Shown: piece by piece, positions 37,321 to 49,725 of the stretch | Position numbering within the stretch: the first letter of the stretch is position 1 | Layout: each line of letters opens with the position of its first letter | DNA from: Octopus bimaculoides | Lineage: Eukaryota | Reading direction: 5' to 3' | Assembly (NCBI RefSeq): GCF_001194135.2 | Contig: NC_068981.1 | Span: forward strand, 87,020,346-87,084,345 | DNA: 64,000 bases | Position numbers and translations under genes: made by a program | The notes under the pieces: generated by a model | Databases searched by the model: none | The model's input: the letters and a program-made list of their open reading frames with translations, nothing else | Told to the model about the DNA's origin: nothing

Positions 37321-40300
37321 ATTATTGTATTTACAATTATAAATTGCTGCCACATTTCTTTTGAAAGATATTATTTTGACGATGTTCCCAACGAATATGT
37401 ATGTAGCGTATGGCCACTGTGTTCACAACCTGGTATCGAAACCTCAGCCTGAAGTTTGCACTCAGAATTTGTGTGTCATCTGTCAAATTCGCCAACAAAT
37501 GAGGTGAAATTGATTTCATTCAAGATAACCCACTTAACTCCATTGTTACTGATGCAGTTCTAACGCTTGGACAAGTCTAAATAGGAGTCGCCTCAAAAAG
37601 AATGTTCTCATTGCTCAGCAACTGTCAGAGAGGTAACGTTTCGTTCCTTCTTTTTCCCTCTCTCCCTCGGACGGTTAATTTAACAATTCACTTTCTGCCA
37701 GCAACATTTTGAGACTTAAATCCTCTTTCCTCCTACCCCTTAGTAATATGCATGCTAAAACTACAATGACAAGCGATTCTCCAGACTACCATTTGTAATC
37801 TGCTTCTCCAACTTGTTGCAGTTATGATAAACTTCGTAACGGTCAAATAAAAGTATGATAGTTATACAGTATATCATCTTCTGTCAGTTTATTTCGAACA
37901 TCCTGAAATAACCAACTGTGCAACTCGCAGTTTTTCTTCAAACGCAGCCTTCTCAACTTGCTACACACAGCCATCATCTAACCATTACATTTAGTGACCG
38001 ATATATATTCGGTAAATGTTTATGTGCAGACGGGTTTACGCTTTTGAGTCTGTGTGTGCTTGTGTCAAAACGATAACTTAGTTAATCGATAAAATATAGA
38101 TAGATAAATTAAGCAGCAGGTTGAAATAAATATTAAGATCGCTATGTTCAATTAAAAACCTCCTCAACCCATCCGTAGTCGAATAAACAAAATCAGCAAA
38201 AGAATAAAGATTATTAATACACTCAAGACATATCGATTATTGTCTCAATTAGTAACATTGAATACATTTGAATTTTAAAATGTATTAAAGACATATCCTA
38301 AGCAAATTGATATTCAAGAAATAGCATATTAACATATTGAATTATTCTGCTTCTCACAGTATATATTCGCATGCTACGTTTTAACAGGAACAAAAAATGC
38401 TGCTTCAAAAAAAGCGATAGTTAGGGGTTTCATAACTTAAAGAGTTTTCCGAGGGTAAAAAAATTAAGTTTTTTTTTAATATTTAGGATAAGTGGATCTA
38501 ATATTTTTCATTAATTATTCAAAGCCATCTTTATGGATTGTATGACGCAACACAAACTTGATTAAATAAGAGTCTGTGCGCAATGATTATGAATGTTTCA
38601 TTTATTTCTTCCTTTTGCATAATTTCTCATTGTTTCACTGTTTTCGTCAAACTGGATGCTTTATTGTATTTAAATTACGATGTTTACTTTAATGTTTCAG
38701 TAAGTGTTTGAACCCTTGGGCGAAAAGGTCTAGAAAAACTTCGTCTTCATAGGCTGCTGCTTCATTATCTCGGACTATTAGAAAATGAAATTAATTCAGT
38801 TAAAAACTTGTCATTTACTAAAAGTGTAGAGATATACGTTGAAGGATCTCAGAAAAGAAACTGCCGTATGTCATTCTTTTACACCCTAAACGTTGCAATC
38901 AATGAAGAAATACTGACGTTCGTTCCAAGCATTGCTCAAACGTATTTTAGTAAATATATAATAAAAAAAACGTAGTACAAAACAAAAGAGTTCCAAAACA
39001 AGGGACATGCATAATATACATAGTGTTACAAATACGTGATACAGCAGGAAAGAAAAAAAAACAGGTTAAAAATATAATATAAAACAAAACCCCCACAAGT
39101 GGGTAGGAACTGACAACTATGAACGATCAAGCAAAGAACTCGCCCAACTTTATTAATCTGGGTGGTTGCTACCTTCTCTCGACTGCAATCTCCTGACAAA
39201 ATTCAAGAATTTAGCCCATCATACGTAACATTTTCGTCCCGGACAGACACGACTGATGGTATTTCCGTACCGATATAGATTTTCTGAATTGGTTATGCCT
39301 TCCAGTGAGATAATCTTACTAGATCAGTGATTTGGTGAAATTGTCAATAATGTCATGGTTGAAACTCCACCCGATTAGACTAATTAATTAGCATTGATGC
39401 GTAAGATCTCCCAGGGATTGACGACACTTATATCCACGACTAACTATCTTTAGTATGTTGGTGTAAGCATTCCATCAAGTGCGTTATTCGACTGGTAGTA
39501 AATTATGAGTGTTTGATGTCTAACGCTTAATCTTGTCCTTTGTTTAACCCACTACTGTAACTCCGTGAAAGAAAAGATCTGTAAGAGAGCGTGCTTCAAA
39601 AACAGCGATTTACGTCTGCTCCCCGTACAGGAATTTCTGTAAATACCGCATATCTGCGTAATATTAGCCACGGTATAAGGAAAGTTAAAGAAGTAAAACC
39701 GGTGATCAAGCGATAATACATAATGGAAATGATACATGCGGTCGCCAATTCAACAACTTTCATAGCTAACTTCACCAACAACTTTAACAGCTACACACGA
39801 CACTGTTTTCCTGGTGCCGAGTTGCAAACCCATGACTTATCCTGCTTAATCAATGCTCCTTCAGTATGGTGCTGACAACATCAAATTCCGATACATTCGA
39901 CACCATTACGGTAACATAATGCACGCATGCTGGTACGACTCTCTTGCATAGAAACTAGAGCAACATGCCCCTCAAAACTTCCACTTTCTACCGTAGGAGC
40001 TCGAAAGTCCGTATATATTACTGGGAGGGTGAAAGAGGATACCTTTCATGGATCGTTCGTGTGATTTCACTTAGTTTGAGCTCAAAAATGCCGTTGTACA
40101 GGGAATTGAACCAACCCTTTAAAACTGTATATACGTACGATCTGAAACGCTTTCTGCAATTTGCTGAAGTTCACGTTAATGTATTAAGTATTCTGGTCGA
40201 TATCTATCAGACAGTTACAAATTGCCTGGATAGAATTATGGGCACCTTGCACTACTTCTGCCTAAGCGCTAGGCCCACCCGGTCTAACCATGTGTAAAAG

Positions 40301-40569
40301 ATACCATTCTAGCAATCTTTCCGTTTGCGCTTTGTAGAGGAATCCTTTTATTCCCGTCACCACAGCACAATATTCTTTTGACTTTCATTTCCACTCTTAT
40401 GAGCTCAATCAACTTTACGTTGTCCTTACATACAAATATGAAGTTGATGAATGCGAGAGAGCATATCCCGCAATGAAATATCCCAGAATGTTTTTGTAGT
40501 ATTCAAAAACCATTGCTAGTCACTTTCAATAATAATGGTTTCAACAGCACAACGGCAGCAGTTTTATAG

Positions 40570-40745
40570 GGGAAGGGACTAAGTCGATTAGATCAACCCC
40601 AGCGCTCAACTGCTACTTATTTTATCGACCCCGAAAGGATGAAAGGGAAAGTCGATCTCAGCGGAATTTGAACTGAGAAAGTAAAGAAGGACGAAATACC
40701 GCTAAGTATTTTGTCCGGCGTGCTAACGATTCTGCCAGCTCACAG
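40570..40745 (-). mobile_element. SINE family B
   Basis: Near-consensus reverse complement; its head abuts the (AAT)n tract. Confidence 0.9.
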
Positions 40746-40749
40746 CATT

Positions 40750-40752
<3 letters not shown>

Positions 40753-40803
<51 letters not shown>
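40753..40803. repeat. (AAT)n microsatellite, upstream flank of the Dong train
   Basis: Perfect AAT run. Confidence 0.95.
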
Positions 40804-43800
40804 CTGCGAAAGACATGTACGTAATCGACATCGGAAAATTTACAAACTATAAAATATAAGTGGAACAAAACAGTAAGTACGTAAATTAATTCCACATACA
40901 CTCGAATGTCTATACAATCCTATATACATTTCAATAGGACTACACATACACCCCAATGTTTACACACAAGTACATAAAACTTACAGGACACACATACACA
41001 TATATGAAAACGTGTCACAAACGATGAAAAACAATAACAAAACAATTTTCTTCGAACTAATACAGAGTGAGCAATTCATAAGTTTAAAAATACTACAAAG
41101 AAACTAACTATGCTTGAGCATAAATCTGTCAACAACAAAATATACAGACGAATACAGATCTGTTAGCCTTAAGAAGCTACGTTACGAGCAATGTTCTCTT
41201 TTAGAGAACTCGGAGGCAGTTTTGTCTCAAAAAGTTAACGCTAAACAAACAGATCCTCCCCCTAATGTCAACGTCCAAGCTTGTCATGCCTCACGGATAA
41301 CAAAGCAACATTCACACCGGATTCCGTCACCCGAGTTAACAAGGGCCGCATACCCCAGTGAGGAACTAGACTGGGTGCGAAAAATCAGCTACTGGTTCAA
41401 ATCTTCCCGAAACACAGGAGCTGGAAGTAGCCCACAACCAGAATATTCCAGCAGATGGCCATCCATGCTCGTCATCAAATGACCAAAAGAAAAGAATGAA
41501 AACTAATCAAGGGGAGATAATAGAGAATTTCTTAAGGCCTTCTATCGTGGGATGTATTTCCTCATAAATAAATCTAATACTGAACAAACCTAACTAAACC
41601 GGAGAGATAAACACCTTCAAGTAAGACCCTACATAGACAGTAACAAACTTGCCAACGTCAATGGAAACATTATGAAAAAGAAATTAAAAACGGAATTAGA
41701 GATCGACCAAATTAAACAATCAACCAGAAATAAAAGGAAGAAAGTTACAGCTAAAGAAGATACTACAGAGGAAATAATTATAGACCAGCCCAGGTCTGAG
41801 GAAAATGCAGTAATAATAGAAAGAGTCAATGTAACCGATAAATAAAGTGAAATACTCTCTGAAACAGTCATAAACACCAAGGTAGATGAAAATCAAATAG
41901 ATGAAGAAAGTCATACAGAAATTGATCCAACTGAAGCAGATGATCTAAAAAATCAAATCATGGTTGAATGGCTGAAAATTAAAGAAACCAGTATGAATGA
42001 ACGTGACACTCTCTCAAATATTCGCAACTCTAACCAAAACCTGAAAGTAATTGGTAAAATCCGCCTTGCACTTAAGGATATAGTTTCAGCTAATGATGTT
42101 TATACTGCAGATCTCAATCATCTGTGCTGTGCATACGCGAAAGTTTCAACGATTTTATATGGTGAAAAGATTAGAAAACGACAACATTCTCACAAAAAGC
42201 CTATTTGGCAAAAGTGTATTTAGCACCAAACTCAGTTACTTAAGTCTGACATAGAATGTTTTTAAAAAACTTAAGCTTGACAAGAATTTCAAACCAACAA
42301 AAATCCGAAAATTAAAGAAAAAGTATAGTATGAAAACCATACTTGATATCGATACCACCATAGAAACTATCAAGGAAAAGGTATGTGGTATGTGCTAAAG
42401 TTGCCCGCATATCAAGGTATGAAAAGCGCGATAGGTTCTTCAAGGACAACAACATGTTCAAAAGTGATCCAAAAACGTTTTACAGGAAGAAAGGGAAAAT
42501 ACCAGTTTCAGTATAGTCTGTCCAATCAAAAGAAGAAGTGCAGGAATTTTGGAATAAAATTTGGGCAAAAGTAAAAACGCACATGAAAAGGACCTTTGGA
42601 CTGATAGAATATCTACTGATTTAGACTTAGCAGAGCAAAAGTGGGAAGGTATCAAGGTAGAGAATGTAAGATCTGCTCTCAGGAAATCAAGCAAATAGAC
42701 GTTTCCAGGAAAGATACAATTCTTAACTTCTGGTTGAATCCCTTCACAGAGTCATGAACTGATAACAAAACTTTACAACAATGTTTTGCAACAACCTGGT
42801 ATGATTCCTTCTTGGCTAGTTAATGGTGTTACATCTCTACTTTCAAAAAATGAAGAAACAAATGAATTTAAAAATTATAGGCCTATAACCTGCTTAACAG
42901 TAATATATAAAATACTTATATCTATCTTGACTGAATATACCTATAGTTTTTTATAGAAAGTGGCATCTTCTCTAATGAGCAAAAAGGATGTAAGCGTGGG
43001 CCCTGTGGTTGTAAAGATCAGCTACTCATCAATAACATGATCTTGGAATATTGTCACACACAACACAAGAACTTGTCGATAGCCTGAATAGACTATAAAA
43101 ATGCTTTTGATAGTCTACTACATAGCTGGACTACGAAATGTCTGGAAATTTATACAATAGCACCTACACTGCGAAACTCCTTATCTGTAAGTATGAGATC
43201 GTGGAGAACCACACTGACTTTGAACAGTGACTATGAATTTCTTAATGCAGGAGATATAAGAATTTCATGTGGCATTTTCCAATGTGACTGTCTGTCACCA
43301 CTCCTCTTTTGTCTAGCCGTCATACCTCTCTCGAAATTGCTCGATGCTGTACAATATGGCTATAAAATCTTTGATGAAAATATAAATCATCTCTTTTACA
43401 TAGACGATTTAAAACTCTGCAAAAAATGACCTACAACAACGGGACTTACTAGCAATTATTAAACAGTTCAGTGATGACGTCAGGATGGACTTTGGCCTCG
43501 ATGAATATGCAAAAGCTACATTTATCAGAGTAAAAATGATAGAAACATCCAACATTAATCTTGACCAATAGAATTTCATAAAGGAGTGAGAGCCAGCGTA
43601 TAGCTACAAATACATAGCGGTCTTTGAAGGTGATGGAATCAAACACTCATTGATGAGAGAAAAGATCAGAAAAGAATATTATCGCAGAGTAAGGCAATAC
43701 TCAAGACAGAACTGAATGCAAGAAACGGGATCTAAGTGATCAATACTTTGGCTATACTGGTCGTGACTTACAGTTTCAATTACTGAAATATGTAATCTTG

Positions 43801-45092
43801 ACAGAAAAATACGAAAATTGTCGACAACGCATAAAATGCCCCACTCTAAGGTAGAGATAGAGGACGACTTTACCTGCCAAGAAAAGAAGGTGGCCGTGGA
43901 CACTTACAACTGGAATCAACAATGAAGATTGCCACAATTGGCCTAAACACCCACCTGAAAAACTGATGACTGGATGTTAAAACTTATCTTAAAGCATGAA
44001 AACTGGAAAACATCATACTCCGTAAGAAAACAGGCAAAGAAATATCTAAGTGAATTCCAAATACAACAAATTCCGGAATTAGACATACTGGAAACAAGCA
44101 CAGAAAAAGCTAAGCGTAACTCGTGCTAAAACTGCTGCCTTGTATATTCTTACTGATAAATGGCAAGAAAAACCTCTCAATGGCAAATACCCAACGAGAG
44201 CTAATAACGCCGATGTTGACAAAGCCCTTACACATCAGTTGTTAATGTCTTCTGGCTTAAAATCATAAACAGAAGGATTTATCATAGCAGCCCAAGATCA
44301 ATGCCTATCCTACAAGGAGCTACTAGGTCAAACATATTAAAGAACGGCAGTAGCCCAACATGTTATGTATGTAAACAACAAAATGAAACCATCGAGCATG
44401 TTGTCCTCATGTACAGTCTTCTTGCGCCCACAGAGTATCTCAACAAGCATGATAGAGCAGCACAGTATATTCACTGGATAATTTGCAAAGACTTGGACCT
44501 GCTCAATGATAAAACCTGGTGGGAACACAAACCACCGCCAGTGCTTGAAAATGACCACATCTCACTCCTCTGGAACTTCACCGTTCAAACTGACAAAAAG
44601 ATAGATGCTAATAAGCCAGATACTATACTGAAGGACTTCAAACAAGAATCCTCCCTCCTCATCGATATGACTGTTCCAATTGACATGAATGTATCTGTCA
44701 AGACCTACCAAAAATTGAGCAAGTATAAAGATCTTGAAATAGAAATTGGCAAAATGTGGAATCTCAAAACTAATTCAATACCTGTTACCATAGGTGCCCT
44801 AGGAATGATAGCAAAAGGGGCTGATTGCTACCTAGCTCAGAAAACCAGGAAATCCCAAAATGGAAGAAATTTTTTTTAATAGTGCTCCTGGGAGCTGCCT
44901 ATATCCTACGAAAAATGTTATCTATATAATCCCAAATTTTAAAACAAACTTATCATTTTCTTATGTTTTCTTAGACCTTCTCTTGAACAATACCCATCAT
45001 AACACCAGCTTGAACTTCTAACTTGTTGTCTCGTGAGGTATCTGGGTGACACTTGGAGTCAACTTCTACAAATGCACAGCAAAAGTCAAACC

Positions 45093-45094
<2 letters not shown>
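40804..45094 (+). mobile_element. Full-length R4/Dong-clade retrotransposon (RT + RLE), pseudogenised
   Basis: N-terminal PYIDSNKLANV..IMKKK; RT motifs NYRPITCL, EQKGC..GCKDQLLIN, DYKNAFDS, GIFQCDCLSPLLF, HLFYIDDLKL; C-terminal CYVC..ETIEHVV..HD, LWNF..QTD..ANKPD..LIDMTVP..KLSKYKDL..IPVTIGALG; (AAT)n on both sides. Confidence 0.92.
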
Positions 45095-45132
<38 letters not shown>

Positions 45133-45173
45133 GTAATAATAATGATGATAATAATAATAATTATCATAATAAT

Positions 45174-45870
45174 ACCAAAAACATATAATGAAAAGAAATA
45201 TAACAAGTAACTGCAGAATATGTGGAGGTAGACAAGAAAAAATAAATCATATTATCTCTGGCTGCCCAGTCCTTTGCTAAGAAGGAATATATCCACAGAC
45301 ACGACAGAGCTGGGACCTACATACACTGGAAGCTATGCCAACACTATGGAATAACAACAGAAAAAAGATGGTATAGACACACGACAGAAAAGTCACAGAA
45401 AACGAGAAAGCAACCATACTCTGGGATATGCCAATACACACAGATAGAGAAATTAAGGCCAATAGGCCAGATATAGTTGTCAGAGATCATGAAGGAAAAA
45501 AATGCTTTCTAATTGATGTATCAATACCAGCAGATGACAACGTTTCTCTAAAAGAAATGGAAAAACTTTCAAAATACAAAGACCTGGAAATAGAGGTAAC
45601 TCGAATGTGGAATCTAAAAACAGAAACAATTCCTATCATAGTAATAGGTATGATAAAAAAAATATTCAGACAAATACATAACAAAAACATCAGGACTTAC
45701 AAGTATATATAACATACAGAAAATTGCACTACTGGGCACTGCACATATCCTACGCAAAACACTTTCAATACAGTAACCATAAGAGCATCAGAGCAAACCA
45801 CAGCACATACCCAAGGCACACAGAGCTGCGCTCGGTAGTGAAGTGAAAGCATGCTATAAAAATAAAACTA

Positions 45871-45873
<3 letters not shown>
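45174..45873 (+). mobile_element. 5'-truncated Dong-type element, second subfamily
   Basis: CRICG..EKINHIISGCP, LWDMPIHTDREIKANRPDIVV..FLIDVSIP..KLSKYKDLEIE; its own 3' UTR ends in (AAT)n. Confidence 0.9.
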
Positions 45874-45957
<84 letters not shown>

Positions 45958-45959
<2 letters not shown>

Positions 45960-46423
45960 TGTTTATTAATTGACATGAGTATTCCTTACGATGATCATAA
46001 TATAGCGGTGAAAGAATTTGACAAGATCAGTAAATATAAAGACTTGCTAATAGAAATTGAAAAAATGTGGCACCTCAAGGCGACTACTGTACCAGTGACT
46101 GTAGGATTTCTAGGAATGATAAAAAAAAAAGGTACTGAAACCTATTTGAAAATGATACCAGGCTTACCATCCCTACAGGAAGTGCAAAAAATCGTGTTAA
46201 CTGGAACGATTCATGTACTGAGAAGAGCATTATCGCTGTGAAAACAACATCCATTCATGAATTTATTTATTTATTAATTTTTTTCTAAATACATATTTTA
46301 CCTGTGAATTTGCGTGTGTAAACTGGGAATGCATACAATGAGTTTCTCTGCCCTAGGTTTACGGAAAACACTCGGCGAGAAATGGAAGAAAATTTGAAGA
46401 AAAGAAAAAAAACAACAACAACA
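45958..46423 (+). mobile_element. 5'-truncated Dong-type element, third subfamily
   Basis: CLLIDMSIPYD.NI..KEFDKISKYKDL.IEIEKMWHLK..TVPV.VG.LGMI..QKIVLTGT.HVLRRALSL*; distinct 3' UTR, then (AAC/TAA)n. Confidence 0.9.
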
Positions 46424-46464
46424 TAATAATAATAATAATAATTATAATAATAATAATAATAATG

Positions 46465-46505
<41 letters not shown>

Positions 46506-46506
<1 letters not shown>

Positions 46507-47059
46507 TGCCGTGATGCAGTACTAGGCAGTGGCTCTCATTACTTTTAATTTTAACTGATTGTAAGTGTTACGAATATTGTTTTGTCATGGTATAAAAGAT
46601 GGGCTACAGCAAATATTCTGCTTAATACCACAGATTTTCTTGTCAGTTGCTTGACTATAACCAGTTGAGTATGTCTTTTAGTGGTTAACAATATGTGCAT
46701 CTCTGCTCATTAGCAGAAATAGAGGGGGAGCTTCATAGCCATGTGTTGAGAGGAATTCTTTGGATTTTGAATAATTCACCTCCGTAAACATGGATAATTC
46801 TTTATCATCCTTAAAACAACCTTTATTCAGGGACCCTTTTGAGCGGGATGGGCTACTCGACTTGAAGAAATTTCTAACTGGGCCCCATTTGCAAGCTCAT
46901 GCACTATTTCCCTTGATATAAGATCACTATGTCGCGCACATATGGTTGCGATACATGTGCCTGGTGTAACTTTATCAGACGTGCAGTCATGATGGGTATA
47001 CTGGGCTTCGTGTATTTTACCGCGGTGTCACTTTGATGACTTGCGCTGTTCTCTCACTC
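46506..47059 (+). mobile_element. Non-coding retroelement 3' UTR between TAA tracts (probable fourth Dong-type insert)
   Basis: Unique 550 bp between (TAA)n and (AAC/AAT)n, ending CTCTCACTC + tandem tail. The assignment is by context only. Confidence 0.5.
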
Positions 47060-47749
47060 AACAACAACAACAACAACAATGATAATAATAGTAATAATAA
47101 TAATAATCTTTATTGTCGATTTAGAATAAAGGACTGAAGCAAAAACGCCGTACAACATGAAAAACAGGTTAAAAAATTAACAAACAAGCGAAGTCATCCG
47201 CCCACAAATCTTAAGGAATCTAGTTTAGACACAGAAAAATAACTAAAATATGTACCAAATTGAGAAAATTTTTACTTGTCTAAATATTGGTAGTCGCCAT
47301 AAATAACTAAAATGGTACGTTACTCAATGGCATATGTAAATGGGAAAACACTAAAACTAATCAACAGAAAAGTAACTCGTGTTATCAAAAGTACTATGAG
47401 TAGACACAAAGATGAATTGTCAACTCAAGGTTTTCATGTTGGTTTTATGTGAAAAGAATTTTGCACTCTCTGACACTGTGATTGATACAATTTACATATG
47501 TTAAATGTAATATTTCTAAATACACATACTAATATGCATTCAGTAATATCCACATTCGTATATACACTTAGGTGTGTCTATATGTTAGAAGTATATATCT
47601 CTGTATATTTATGCTTAAACCCATAGCCGTCACTCACAAACCTGTACGACCTGGTAGCATGTATCATATTTTCGTTGATCTAAGATGACTATGTAAGCGT
47701 GAACACACACACACACACATACTCACCAGCCCTTCCACCACTTGTACTC

Positions 47750-47940
47750 CCGGAACATCTAGGATACGGCAGCTAGAGGGATAAAGTGCTCCACCACAAT
47801 AAGCTGTTACTCATTTTCAGCTGAGTAAAATGGACAAACGTGAAATGAAGACCCATGCTCAAGGTTACTAGGTGAACTGGTCCAGGCACCGGTCCCACGA
47901 CTGCATGATCGAGAGCCCACACTCAGACTGGGGTAATGAA
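47750..47940 (-). mobile_element. CORE/V-type SINE fragment
   Basis: TACTCATTTTCAGCTGAGT...AACGTGAAATGAAG..TGCTCAAGG resembles the reverse complement of the CORE-like central domain. Confidence 0.45.
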
Positions 47941-49089
47941 ATGAAATTAAATTAAATAGGACGAGTAACCTTAAAGTTTTCAAATACTTCGAGGGTTTCT
48001 CAGTCAATATTTTTCACCCAGCAAGATGTGATAAAACGCCATCTAATGAGGATCGAAACACCTACGAATCGGCCCCGGTACTTCTTTTCTGATTGCATCC
48101 TGCGGGAAGGATTCAAATGACTGGCTTTCTTTTCCTTGGATCTTCCGAATTCAAACATAAACTTTCCCGATTTTGGGCGAACCGAAAAATCTTGTAAATT
48201 TTCCAAGGCAGTTGTCTATTAGCTATTGATAGATGGATCCTCCAGATTTTTATCAAGAGTCCTTCACTTTAATTTTTTAATGTCCGGTTCTTTATTTCCA
48301 TCCGAATCGGCACAGTATTTTATGGTCCTGTTTTAGATTTTCTTGCTTCTTATTTTAGCCTCTTATTGTGCATTGTTAGAACTCTGAGTTTCAGATATTG
48401 TAGGGTACTTATGCACTCTTGTGTGGATGACTTCTGGCATTGTCCTTGTTCAAATCGAAACAACATTGGATTATTACATTTCTTTTATACATTAGCACTA
48501 TACCCAACATACATGATCGCTGCAAAACAGTGAATACATTTTCGAATGTATAGATATTTGTGACAGACAGGATAAAAAAGATTGAAAGAGAGCAAATCAT
48601 AGAAAGAAAACACTGAAAATAAATTGAAACCGATGTACATACGAAGACGACCTACTACAAACCAGTGAAAGTATTGCAGTGGAACCCAGTAATTAGAAAC
48701 ACATGACTCTACAAAATAAGAAAGTAATACAAGATAGACGGTCACACATACAGTAAATGCGCACTAAAAGCTATGAAAATGCTACAGAATCTCTCATACA
48801 AAAATAAGCAAGCTACTACGGTAAATCAAAGAACCATCAACTCTAAAAAGAACTAAAATCTAAAATTATGATGAGGACTATAGAAATTACCGTGAAAATA
48901 TCCATGCAACTACAGCATTTCAACAGAAGTAAATTCTCTTCTACACACTTTTCAAATAGAATAAAGACATATCCCTGCAAATCCTCAATATTAAATATTC
49001 AGAAGAACCTAATTTACACGGAAGAAGAAAATAATTGATGAACTGAGATCAACTTCAATCTCCAAGCTACATTCATACAACTCAAGTTG

Positions 49090-49660
49090 TTCCCCAAGCA
49101 GTTCTACTGTTATTCAGAGACCGGATTTTTCACACAGTCTTTTCCATCCCTCTGCGTTCCGAACTTTCATTGAACATTCTGGTGTCTTCATATCAGTCTA
49201 CATCCCAGTATCATTAAGTCAATCTCTTTTTGGTCGCCCTCTTCTCATTTTACACCCTATTTTTCCAAACATGATGATATCTCCATGTGACCCAGTCAGT
49301 CCACAAAAGAATTGCAATTTTCTTCGTTTTACTGTTTTTATGAGTCCTTTCTCTTCTTCCTAACCAACGAACAAAGATCTGCCAAGGCTGACCGGTTGGT
49401 CCAGTAGTCCTTCCACGTAATGTCAGGATTCCTGGTTTGAATACTAATAATTTCATCTCAATGTACAAGCATCCCAACGGGAAAAGTATCAGATCCTTGT
49501 TCTATCTGTGGAAACAACATAGCAACAGGCTGAATGACCTGATCTGTTCAAGAGCTAATTTAGAATTCTGGATTAGCCCACAGATCTTTGACCACAAAGT
49601 CCCTAAATCAAAGCTAATTAATTCATTAAAACAACAATATAAATACACCATTTATTACTT
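49090..49660 (-). mobile_element. RTE-clade LINE 3' fragment
   Basis: Minus-strand pieces DITWKDYWTN, KTKKIAI, KMRRGRPKRD, AEGWKR match the RTE C-terminus. Confidence 0.55.
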
Positions 49661-49725
49661 ACCTAATTAAATAATAATGAAGAAATATTTACCTAGACCT
49701 GGTTTTCATTGTTATTGCATATTAA

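Noticed and set aside
39400-40400. Possible decayed LINE or coding region
   Set aside because: Slightly higher complexity, but I could not recover any diagnostic motif in six frames.
48040-48065. CTAATGAGGATCGAAACACC as a fourth hammerhead
   Set aside because: The core is mutated (CUAAUGA), stem II is essentially absent, and there is no stem I/III pairing.
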